A DNA stretch of 63,960 bases, the filler included, from Sphacelaria rigidula (Eukaryota), in NCBI GenBank assembly GCA_964200075.2. It is 9 parts of 9 records of this genome, joined end to end, with 100 filler letters (N's around TTAATTAATTAA, not from the genome) between each part and the next. Parts side by side here need not be neighbours in the genome. Positions count along the whole stretch, not along the records: positions 42,710 to 49,726 come from CAXNAA020016935.1; positions 49,827 to 56,843 come from CAXNAA020016936.1; positions 56,944 to 63,960 come from CAXNAA020016937.1; 6 more parts are not named here. One strand, given 5' to 3'. Each line of letters begins with the position of its first letter. The stretch's first letter is position 1. Positions 49,500 to 60,340 of the stretch are shown here, piece after piece. The position numbers were made by a program, and so were the translations under genes. The notes below the pieces were generated by a model. That model worked only from the letters and a program-made list of their open reading frames with translations, ran no database searches and was not told where the DNA came from.

Positions 49500-50559
49500 G
49501 TGAGCGTTGCAAGACTTTGAATGGCTGATGACTGCAGTAGTCCGCAGACTTGGACTGTCGTCTACCTTCTCGTCGGAGTGCCTCGTTTTGTTTTATTTCG
49601 TTTTGCAGATACTCGTTCGTCCGTGTCGAGCGTAACGTTTCATGTTTCTGCCTCGCGACTAAAAATCATCTCCGTACGTGTACGAGCTGGGCCGGGCAAG
49701 AAGCCTACTATCAGTCAGTCGAGTCTNNNNNNNNNNNNNNNNNNNNNNNNNNNNNNNNNNNNNNNNNNNNTTAATTAATTAANNNNNNNNNNNNNNNNNN
49801 NNNNNNNNNNNNNNNNNNNNNNNNNNTTACCATCGCTGAAAGTGTGGGGGAAGCACTGTTTTAGGCTTGAACCTCATCTCGGAGGTGAACCTCAATTCGC
49901 ACAATTTGTTGTTGTAATTTGGCAGTCAAACTCAGTTTTGGCGATCATCTCGCGCATTTACACACGCGTCACCGAACCGTATAAGGATTAATATGACTAT
50001 TAATATGCGAGAACTGCAGTATCATACTGTTATCCATCAGTCCGTGCACTAGTCCCATACGCGGCCATTTGGCTACCCCCAAAATGTCTCCAGAACGGTC
50101 ACTTTTCGAGCCTCCCGAGGAATTAAACGCCTCCAGAGAGATTTAGCGCCTGCGGAGGGGTGCGCGGCTCTCCAGTTGGGTTCTATTTTGTTTCCTCCAG
50201 AGGGATTAAACGCCTCCGGAGGCTTGCTCTGCCTCAGTGGGCCGCGCATCCCTCCAGAGGCATTTTGGGGGGGTGGCCAAATCGCTGCGTGTGCCAGATT
50301 CAATCGCTACATAATACTTCGTACTTCAGTAAATGCTTTTGACTCACCGTTATCACAAACAGCAAACAGCAGTTGACTCACCCACTGTATCCAACGAAAG
50401 GGATGGTAAGTTCAACGCAGAACAGTAAGCTCTGAACGTCAGGATGTCTTGAGCACAACCTGAAGGCGATTATCGTTTTTTTCGTATTGGTGCTGTGGAT
50501 CTATCAAAATCGGTTCAATCTCTCGAGATTGTTAAACTTTCTGTTCCGAAAAAGAATTG

Positions 50560-51400
50560 AATCAAACGGCGTGTAAGAAGACATGTTTGTAACCGTCGTG
50601 AACGGATACAATCACCGTCCACCCCTGGTTGAGTTACGCGCCGGCAACCATCAATCAGCCCTCCGGGTTCGACAGTCAAGTAGCTAGCCCATCCTCGTAC
50701 TGACTCTCCGCCACTACACCGCGATCCATAACACCGCGTCCTCCAAGGAAGGCAAGAGCAAACAGACCACGCTGAAGCACTTCATGAAGGACAGCTCGAG
50801 TGTTTGTGAGAGCGAGCTCATCTGTTGCGAAGGTTAGCAGTAGTTTACCGATATTGTTCAGCTCATCGCGTCCATATGCATCTAGTATCCCTCCCTGCGA
50901 CCTCTCTCATCCGACCCTCCTTCCCGTTCGCGGGTTCGCGTCCATCAGCACATAAACACACTCCATCGATTAGATTCGTTACACTAAACGGTCGGGACGA
51001 GCCTAAAAAGCTTGTTTGATCTCGTCTTTGCTGACCTCGAGGGGTGCAAAGGCTGCTACGATTTTGACCGCTCCCTCGTGACCCATCATCCCAAACTTTA
51101 TTTCCACGAGGCGCTCACCGATATACTTAATAAGCGGAACTAGGGCAGAGTGGCTCTTCGACAGTTATACCACTTCGTGTTTCCCACCTGCTTCAGATCT
51201 ACCGCACAAGACTCTGAAGTGAATTCTCCTGCTGTATAGCATGTGTGTCTCGCCCTTCTCGTCTCCTGTAGCCCGACTTCTAAGATGTCTAGTTTCGTCG
51301 CCTTGTACAATACTTCATAGTCATGATCCCGCCCATTGGCTCTCTTCACAGACAGAGTTCGAACATCGCAGGCTGCTACGTTGACAAGTGCCCCCTCCTA
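50560..51400 (-). mobile_element. RTE-like LINE apurinic-endonuclease remnant
   Basis: Minus-strand peptides AACDVRTLSVK...VGLQETRR and ERLVEIKF...IVAAFAP...VLMDANPRTG correspond to the APE motifs NVRTL, LQETR, YAP and D-N. Contains stops and frameshifts. Confidence 0.75.
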
Positions 51401-52105
51401 TCTTGTCCGATGCTTACGTGCCACTTCCCTTTCGAACCTACACTTCCTGCTCCTCTCCTTCCTGCTCCTCTTATGTTATTTTCTGTTCAGCATTTGCCTT
51501 GTGGCCTCTCAGCCTATGTTTGTTAACCCTGTACTTATCTGTTCACGTGTAGGTTAGATTCTCCTACTCCGTGTCATAATGATGCAGTGGCTGATGCATT
51601 GGCTGGGGTCTCTCAGTATGAGTTCCAGGGGATACCATGGTGCCAACCTACCAAGCTCCCACGTGGGCAACATCATACAGACCTTAGCTATACTTGAATA
51701 TCGTCGAGCTGCACACTAGTACATGTGTACGTGGTACAATTCGGGTACATGCAGTGCAGGTTGATGACATATCATGGGTACGGGAACGGATTGTGTTATG
51801 ACCGGATGTATGTCATATGAAGGAGCCGGGCATGCGCGGTCCTCCCTACCATGGTCAGTCATGTTTTAAGGTGTATTTCGGTCTTTACATTTCGGGTGGA
51901 GGAAGCAGCTCGGGTGGAGCTTGCACGATTGATGTGTGGTGAGTGAAGGTTATAAGAGGTTAATACAAGAAGAAGGTATACACATTCCCCTGTCCAGAGC
52001 GCATCCTCTACGGGACAGCTCCTTTATCAAATACGCTAGTGGTTTTGAAACGGGTAGACAGCAGCCGATGAAGCAGGGAAGTAAGAAGCGAGTTTGAGCG
52101 ATATT

Positions 52106-52395
52106 CAGCAGCACTTGATAGCGCATGAGCCAGCTCGAGGCAAGATACAGCAGCACTACTTAGCGCTTGAGCCTTCAAAGAGAGTCACGTAGTCAGCGTT
52201 TGTTACAGTTAGAGGCAAAATCCAGCAGCACTTGATAGCGCTTGAAACTTCAAAGAGAGTCACGCAGTTAGCGCTTGTTACAGTCAGCGGCAACATACAG
52301 CAGCACTTGATAGCGCTTGAGCCTTCAAAAAGAGTTACGCAGTTAGCGTTTGTTACAGTTTGAGCAATAGAGTAGCATTTTATAGCGCTTGAGTC
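52106..52395. repeat. 75-bp tandem repeat (~3.3 units) in the putative 5' LTR
   Basis: CAGCAGCACT..TAGCGCTTGA at 52148, 52223 and 52298, partial at ~52373. Confidence 0.85.
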
Positions 52396-53498
52396 AACGA
52401 GGGAGTCAACAAGTGAGAGGTCAAGAAGAGTTTGAGACAAACAATTCAACCACGAGTAACAGTACTAGATAATAAAAGCCCATCCATGGCTAACACGAAG
52501 AAGTATAGTACTGAAGAGTTAACGGAAAAGATTCGACGTATGGAGGTAGAGCAGACCGAAAAACCACGTATCATGGAAGAAAAAACAGGCAGAGCTAATC
52601 GAGGCCGCAAAACGCGATGCTATTGCAGAGTACCAAAGAGATAAGAGTATGAATTTGGGCGCAGGCGCACAAGGTAATCCCACGGTGGGTACAGCAGACC
52701 GCGAGCAGGAGAACAATCCACGTTTTTTTCAAGAATTCCGAAGCGATAACTTCACGGGAGGGCAACGTGCTCCACCAAACTTTGTAAGAGTACGCAACAA
52801 TACGAGTATTCACCCATGAGACGGTACAGTAAAAGCAGGGGGAAATTTGGAGTCCAAGTTTCGTGTGTTTCAAGTGCAGATGACCGGATATCTTCGTGCC
52901 GAGAAATGTTATGATGCTCTGTTTGTTCAGGAACCCATTCGAGTATTTCATGGATCAGAAGAAGAATTGGTAGCGCAGCATTGGTTCAGGGCAGTGGAGA
53001 AAGCTCAGCAGGCACACGATATTTTCCTCGAAAAAATCACATCTCACGTAATGGTGGAAAACTTTCGATGCTTGGTTCGCCTGGTGAGTCTTGGGGTTAT
53101 TTTTTTCAGTACTATACCGTTTCGCCCACCACTGAGAAGGCGCATCTTGAACAGGAGTGGTCATGCCTACAGATGTCCCCGGGCGAAAGCCCCTTGGTGT
53201 TTCTGAACAGGGTGAATTTGATCCGCCAGAAAAGATATCATTTTGGTCACGTAAATTTCGGAGTCTGATGCCAACAGACAGTACGCACGCAGGTTGCCAT
53301 CAGAGTACCAAACTCAGAGAGAAATCCTTCTCGTCATGCCAGATATCGACACAGAGACCCTACACTGAACGGTGAAAAGTGCCCATGCAGAGTTGGAACT
53401 GTCGAGCAGTAGGATAGACTCTCCGACTAACCATGCCTTGTCTGCCATAGCTCGAGATGTATCTCACAGTGACGTATCGGGAAGGCGACGCGGAGGCA

Positions 53499-53585
53499 GG
53501 GGGGGGGGGGGGGGGGGGGGCGGACTCATTTGTTGCTTGCCTTAGTCTTTTAACCATTGACCACGCATCCCTTTCGAGACGGAGC
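53499..53585 (-). mobile_element. Poly(C)-tailed short retroposon, copy D (22-nt tail), inserted in gag
   Basis: G22 at 53499-53520 is followed by CGGACTCATTTGTTGCTTGCC...CCCTTTCGAGACGGAGC. The insertion is absent from the paralogous gag at 57160-57200. Confidence 0.85.
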
Positions 53586-54361
53586 AGAGCCAGGGGGGGG
53601 GGAGCCAGGGGGGGCAGGCGAAACCACCACTGCCGGGAGTGTGGATCTGACCGCACTGGGATTTCAACCTCACACCACCACTATGACCATGAACCGTCGT
53701 CAAGGCTTCTTTCCCGATCAAATTTTTCATCTCCACCTGAGCCACACGACAATCACAACCCCAATCCAACCTCTCAACCCTCATCATGCAATGTTCGCAA
53801 TTGCACTATCTGCCACACACGAGGTGACGGGCGGAGTCATATTCATAGCCGACAGGGCAATCGATATCCTAACCCGGAGTAGCGTGCCCCTCATCACGGG
53901 GTGAACCACCCCCCACGTAATCATCACACCACGATCCTCACCACTTCAACGATTCCCGACATTCGAGGGAGTCTCACTCGCGTGCAAACCTTGCACAGTA
54001 TGGTGAGCCCCCGACTACTGACGAACACTTCACCCCACCGGGCAGAGACGATTTTAATGACGCTGAATATGCCCATTACGTGCAGAGTCATGAGCCATCA
54101 TCACATCGAACACTCCCCCAATATCAACATCCCCCACCAACAGACCACCCCCAACTGCAACATTCCCAACAGTATCATCCGCCGGGCCAGCAGCATTACT
54201 CTTACTACTATCCTAACCCGGACAACAGCCATCATCAACAACAATAGCAGACCGCAGATCCACATTACGAGCAACAGCAACAGCATCAGCAGCCGCGAGC
54301 CCCCCCAGCTACATCTGCGCTCTCTCTCGATAGGCACACTGCGGAACATCCACAACTGTTC

Positions 54362-55762
54362 ATGGCGCGTACCATGCCCGCAGGCGAATCTCGTTTTCGG
54401 CTTGGTGATTACAATTCACGTAGGTATGATGTATTAAATGGTGGTACTACATCTGGTAAAGATGATCATGCAGAGGAGTGGCTCGCGGATACAGGCACCA
54501 CGGTTCATGTCACGGGTAGTCGTGTAGGTGACCTTTTTTATTTACGACCACCTCCTCAGGGCATGGAATATTTCAAGACGGGTAACGGGACCAGACTTCC
54601 TGTCAAGGCAGTAGGTAGCTTGAACTTGACATTTCATATGGGATCTTGGGATGTCTCAGTCCCCCCAAGTGACTTCCCAATACAGTTGACCGATGTCTAC
54701 GTCGTGGAGGGCATCAAGTTCAATATTTTTTCCCTTCACCACATGCGGGAGCGGCAAGATATCGCTTTGAATTCCAGTGGAGTACATTCATTCAATGGGG
54801 GATTACGATTTGACCGCAAATCACAAATTTCATCACAGGTAGCGACGCGCCTTCCCCCGTACAACGTTAGTAAGTCTGATCCGTCAACCACTGTAGTTTC
54901 GCCCTCCAATGTAAGGTCAGGTACACCCACTGTAGTTTCGCCTTCCAGTGTAAGGTCAGATACACCCACTGTAGTCTCGCCCTCCAGAGTAAGGTCAGAT
55001 ACACGTACTACTGTAGAGTCCAATCTCCACGAAACTATAGAATCTTCACCGGCAGCTGCTCGGACTGTTTGCGATGAATCTGATTTCCGAAATTCTACCG
55101 TAGAATTTTCCCCGGCGCGTCATGCGCCCGATGTTACTGTAAGATCTTGTAGTCAGCCCCCGAGTGAGGAAAGAGTGGGTTTTCATTCTCCCCCCAGTAT
55201 TGGCTCACGCCATTATTCCGCCGAAGGCGTTATGTCTCCCCCCCTCGGTTTCTTTGTCCAGTCCGCCTCCGCTACAAGTGTTCCGTCTATCACATCAGGT
55301 GTTAGTATCCAGCTTGGTTACCGGGCACATGGTGTATCTTCCATGCGACCTGTTCCGCGTGTACAGCTTCTGCGACCACCGCCGCTACCGCTCGACGGAA
55401 GGGGGGGTTATGGAGCGAGTGCCGTCGCCGACCCACCGGCATCCCCGCCGCCGCCGATGAACGCGGTAAATCCTGAGCCGACGCCGCCGCCATTCTCATA
55501 CCATACTGCCCCATTGCCGAGCCAGCACCAACACATTTTTACCACTACTGCGCCGCCATTAGTTCCACCCTATGCAGTACTGCCACAATTATATTTCCCA
55601 ATTGCCGCTGTGCTGCCGCCACCATTTCCATTCACCACCGCGCCTCAAGAACCATACTTCATCACAACCCCAAGTCCGACACGATCAATGCCAACACCAC
55701 TGCCGCCACCTCCGACACAATCAGCAACACATTTCAATGCGTGGCGTCGTCGGCGCCGGTGA
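54362..55762 (+). CDS. Copia-type aspartic protease fused to a Pro/Ser/Thr-rich tail with three 13-aa repeats
   Basis: 466-aa ORF with a DTG catalytic motif. TVVSPSxVRSxT occurs three times (39-bp units, ~54888-55015). Confidence 0.75.
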   Translation: MARTMPAGESRFRLGDYNSRRYDVLNGGTTSGKDDHAEEWLADTGTTVHVTGSRVGDLFYLRPPPQGMEYFKTGNGTRLPVKAVGSLNLTFHMGSWDVSVPPSDFPIQLTDVYVVEGIKFNIFSLHHMRERQDIALNSSGVHSFNGGLRFDRKSQISSQVATRLPPYNVSKSDPSTTVVSPSNVRSGTPTVVSPSSVRSDTPTVVSPSRVRSDTRTTVESNLHETIESSPAAARTVCDESDFRNSTVEFSPARHAPDVTVRSCSQPPSEERVGFHSPPSIGSRHYSAEGVMSPPLGFFVQSASATSVPSITSGVSIQLGYRAHGVSSMRPVPRVQLLRPPPLPLDGRGGYGASAVADPPASPPPPMNAVNPEPTPPPFSYHTAPLPSQHQHIFTTTAPPLVPPYAVLPQLYFPIAAVLPPPFPFTTAPQEPYFITTPSPTRSMPTPLPPPPTQSATHFNAWRRRRR

Positions 55763-56943
55763 AACGAAGCGGGGGGGCGGTGCCGATGGGTTGGAGTAGG
55801 GAAGTGATGCCGGTGGAGCGGAGCAAGTATGCGGAGCCGTTTCGATGGAGGAGGGGGACGTGACCATGGAAGAATGCAGAAAGCTGAAGATGGATTTTGG
55901 AGAATATTATACTCCGAATGTAAACTATCAAGTGTTTATTTGTTGACCACTTCAACTTGATGGGAGATTCATGTATTGGATATTTTTATTTTGAGTAAAA
56001 GCGCAGCAGTGCGACTACTGTCCGAATGCAGTGTTTGACTAGTGATTTCTCCCTTCATGTGAGTTTAATCTTCGACATGATATTCGAAAGTTTCGAAGCA
56101 TGTGCTGTCGCCACGAAAAAGGTCAAGGGGCCGATTGATATACAAACATTTATCTTTTATGGATCATGGCATTTGACGGATTCTATTTGGTAGATTAGTT
56201 CATTGATCTTGGATTTCCGGTCATATGTTTATGAGATATTTTTGGGAAAACACGTCTCGAGTTTTGACATTTTATGCTCCCGAAAATGGCGATGATATGG
56301 GTTCAGGAGGAGGGCATATAATGTAGGAAGTGATTTTCCTTTATGACTTGTTTTATTTTCTCTTGCTGAGCCATGTACTCCGGCACTTCCATGGTGAGAG
56401 AAGTATGTTTTTCTTAGGAGATTTTGGGAAAATACGTCGAGAGATTTGATGTCTTATGCTCCCGAAAATAGTGAGATGATGTGGGGTCAGGGGGGCATCT
56501 ATTTCAGGAGGCAATGTTCCTTGATGTTTTTGTTTTTTCTTGCTGAATCAATATATCCCGGCATTTGTGTTTTAAATTCGCCTGATCTCATGGAATGGAA
56601 CGACGATTTTTTTGTGTGATATTAGTAAGGTTCAGCCTCAACAAGGGGGGCTATTTGAATATCGTCGAGCTGCACACTAGTACATGTGTACGTGGTATAA
56701 TTCGGGTACATGCAGTGCAGGTTGATGACATATCATGGGTACGGGAACGGATTGTGTTATGACCGGATGTATGTCATATGAAGGAGCCGGGCATGCGCGG
56801 TCCTCCCTACCATGGTCAGTCATGTTTTAAGGTGTATTTCGGTNNNNNNNNNNNNNNNNNNNNNNNNNNNNNNNNNNNNNNNNNNNNTTAATTAATTAAN
56901 NNNNNNNNNNNNNNNNNNNNNNNNNNNNNNNNNNNNNNNNNNN

Positions 56944-57958
56944 TCATCTGGTCTACCGAACACTTGAGGTTTCCGAGAGTGAACGGTAGTGCTTTTATAG
57001 CTATTATAAAAGCATCACTTTCCAATGTTGAGGCGTCCGAGAGTGAACGGTAGTGAGAACGGTTGGGCGACCCTTCTATCTAGCAGTAGAGCAGACTCAC
57101 CAAGCAACCATGCTCTCTCTGCCATAGTTCATGATGCCTCTAACAGTGACGTACCGGCTAGGCGACGCGGGAGTCGGGGGGGCAGGAGAAACAACCACTG
57201 ATGGGAATGCGGGTTCAGACCGCAATGGGCATCATCCCTCACACCGCAACATACATTCGCCTGCCCATGAACGATCACCGAGATCCAATTCCCGTTCACA
57301 TTCCTCATCTCCACATAAGTCCCACAACAACAACCCCAATCCAAACCCCCACTCCTCATCGTGCAATGTTCGCAATTGCAATGTATGCTATGATCGAGGT
57401 ATCGATTACCATACATAAAGCGATGGGCGGGGACATGTTGATCGCCGACGAGGCAATCGATATCCCAGCCCAGAACATATTCGCACACATCACGGGGGGA
57501 AACACCCCCTTAGTATTACTCCTCCAGCAGCTCCCATGGTCATGCGAATTTTGTATAGCGATCCAAGGATTCCGTCACTGATGACAACTTCGTCTCGCGA
57601 GACGGAAATACCTTTCAAAACGCAGGATTCGCTAGTTCCGTTGAGCTCCCGCCTCCATATTATGCCGAGCAACAACCACAGCTCCCACCTTCATATCATC
57701 CCTATCCCGAGCAGCAACCACCTCAGTATCATGGCTTTTACCAGAAACCGTAACCGCCGTTGCAACACCATCAACAACAACAGCAACAGTCTTAGTATCC
57801 TACTCCGCAATACAGCCCTCATCACCACCAACAGTACCAATCCGCAGCTCCACCGAACGACCCATATCAGCGGCATCAGCAGCCGGCAGCCCCCCCCGCT
57901 GCGTCTTCTCCGCCTGCCGATACGTCCGCTGCGGAGCATCCACAACTATTATTTGTAG
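56944..57958 (+). mobile_element. Gag-like fragment paralogous to 53350-54360
   Basis: Collinear DNA (CCTCATC.TGCAATGTTCGCAATTGCA, GGCAATCGATATCC, GCGGA.CATCCACAACT). Confidence 0.8.
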
Positions 57959-58139
57959 TTTGTAGGCCCATTCGCAGCTTACTATTTCACGTTGAACCTT
58001 ATAATTTGGTATGAACAATGCAAAGGCTACAATCAAAATGACGTATGCGTGGACCCGAAGTATTTCCTCCATGAATTAACAGCATTTCACTGAACCTGAA
58101 AACTGATTATTGTCTTCAACTAAGAAAGACAAACAAGGA

Positions 58140-59030
58140 TTAGGGTTCATGCATGCGTTTTTGTATCATGACCTATTCGTTGTCCATGCAAAATTTGAAG
58201 GTCTATCTGAAACGGTTGAGCTGCGGATGGGCCGTTTCAAAACCGGGCCGATCGAAATTCGGAACAGTATATTGCACGCCACTTACCGACCCAGGTTTGG
58301 TTCTTGTGTGTTGGAATTTTGTGTGGGACCTCGCTAGGACATGCAGCAAGAAAAAACAGTGGGTTCTCGGAATTGGGGTTGAAACAAAAAATGCTGTTCA
58401 ACCCAAAAGCCGTGCTGTCGCTTACCTAAATATACGACAAATTAATTTCATATGGAGGACCCCATCCCTCCCGACCTGCCAAAAACTATTTCGGGGGATT
58501 TCTAGCCTTCCGTTCCCCCAAAGGGTATGCGCGAAAGCACGATTGTTGGGCCAAAAAATATCTTTGTTTCACCCCGAAATAGGCGCAAAAGTGTGCTTTT
58601 GCACATACCCTTTGGGAGAACGGAAGACTAGAAATCCCCCGAAATAGTTTTAGGGAGATCGGGAGGGATGAGGCCATCCATATCAAAGTCATTTGTCAAT
58701 TTAGGTCAGGGAAAGCACGGCTTTTGAGCTGAACCTCATTTTTTCATTCCCATTTTCGAGAATCCACTGTTGAAAGTGGGTCAGTTTTCTTTTTTAATTT
58801 TTATTGGTCTAGGACGTTTGGGTATGGTATAAACCACCGTTTACGAGAACGCCCTAACCTCCCTCCCAAAAAGATGAAGGCTCTTTTTTTTCAGGATGTC
58901 GTTGTCCTTCTCCATGTTCTATAAAATCACAATTCGAGAGATTGAGTTAAAAAAACTGAGGTAAGGTCCAAGAGCAACGTTTTTTTATCCTCAAAAGTCA
59001 CCCGATTAAATGATGAAAAAAATGAATAAA
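58140..59030 (-). mobile_element. Family A repeat (inverted), interrupted by a MITE
   Basis: Reverse-complement similarity to 48100-48560. Confidence 0.6.
58357..58769. mobile_element. Foldback MITE with ~185-bp arms starting CAGTGG
   Basis: CAGTGGGTTCTCG...GGGTATGCGCGAAAGCAC pairs imperfectly with GTGCTTTTGCACATACCC...CGAGAATCCACTG. Confidence 0.85.
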
Positions 59031-59450
59031 CACAATATGTGACGCAGGAGAATGGAAAGGACCGACCAGACGCCCTTCTCGGGTTGAACGTGTGTAGAGT
59101 GCGGTGATAGTCCCCGAGACTTTCTACGCTAGTCTCCCCCTCAAAAATGTCTGGTTTGGGGAGGCAAAATCTTCACGTGAATCGAGATGGAAAAATCGAG
59201 CACAACGAGCAGCTGGGAACTCCCACGCCTGGCTTAGTTCTTGCTGATGTTACCCATATATATAAGCGAAACATCAGGCGCTGTATGACCATTTTTTTCG
59301 TGACACTTTTCGGTTGTTGTTGTTTTTTTGGGGGGGGCTAATGCAGAAAGTCCCCCCCCTCTTTTCTTGACTCGGTGTGAATGTTTAGGATACTAGTGCA
59401 CGTGGGCCGAGACGACGTCGAAACGAGTGCATTTGTTAGTGTTTATTTTA

Positions 59451-60340
59451 CACACCGAGGATGACTCGTATGCTTGAGTGATTTATTTTGAAAAAAACGA
59501 CCGTGACTCGTTTCCTCGAGTCACTCATTTTTTTCACCACGAGCAACGACTCGAGCACTCGAGTCATTTATTTTTCCACCACGAGCAATGACTCGAGTGC
59601 TCGAGCTATTTTTGGTTTTCACCATGAGAAACGACTCGAGTGCTTGAGTCAGTTATTTTCCACGAGAATTGACCCGTTTGCTCGAGTTGTTCATTTTTTC
59701 ACGACGAGTCGTAAGTCTTTTGCTCGAGTCATTTAATTTTCAACCAGTCATCTCACTTTTACGACCACGAGAATTTTCAACCATGAGCACTTACTCGTAT
59801 ACTTGAGTCATTTACTGCCCAATCACGATCACAGACTCGTGTGCTTGAGTCATTCTTTTTTTTCAACCACGAGCAATGACTCGTGTGCTCGCGCCATTCA
59901 TTTTTTGAACCACGAGCGGTGACGCGTGGGCTGGAGTCATCTATTTCTTCACCACGAGTAATGACTTGACTGCTCAAGCTACTAATTTGTTTGACCACGC
60001 GCACTGACTCGTGTACTCGAGTCTAATATTTTTTTCCCACGAACAATGACTGGAGCTATTCATTTTTTGAACCACGAGCACTGCCTCGTGTACTCGTGAT
60101 TTGTTTTGTTCCCACGAGCTATGACTTGAGTGCTCGAGCTATTCATTCTTTGAATCACGAGCAATGACTAGTTTCCCCAGATCATGACTATTTTTGAACC
60201 ACGAGCGGTGACTCGTGGGCTGGAGTCATCTCCTTCTTCACCACGAGTAATGACTCGATTGCTCAAGCTATTCATTTTTTCCCACCACGAGCGATGGGTC
60301 GTTTGCTCGAGTAATTTGCTTTTTGCACCACGAGCTACTT
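59451..60340. repeat. Degenerate palindromic minisatellite, ~20 units of ~42 bp
   Basis: Consensus CCACGAGCAATGACTCGAGTGCTCGAGTCAT plus a T-rich linker. Related to the array at 20397. Confidence 0.9.

Larger units (their letters stand above)
51695..56843 (+). mobile_element. Non-autonomous copia-type LTR element (Gag plus protease, no IN/RT/RH); 3' LTR cut by the contig end
   Basis: The LTR start TGAATATCGTCGAGC occurs at 51695 and 56656, with 1 mismatch in the 188 visible nt. The PPT AAGGGGGG lies just before the 3' LTR. Probable 5' LTR end ATTCA at 52448. Gag-like FRVFQVQMTGYL; protease WLADTGTTVHVT...TGNGTRLPVKAVG...LTDVYVVEGIKFNIFSL. Confidence 0.9.

Noticed and set aside
59451-60340. 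CRISPR array (also 20397-20710)
   Set aside because: The repeats are degenerate, the linkers are short related T-tracts rather than unique spacers, there are no cas genes, and the context is eukaryotic.
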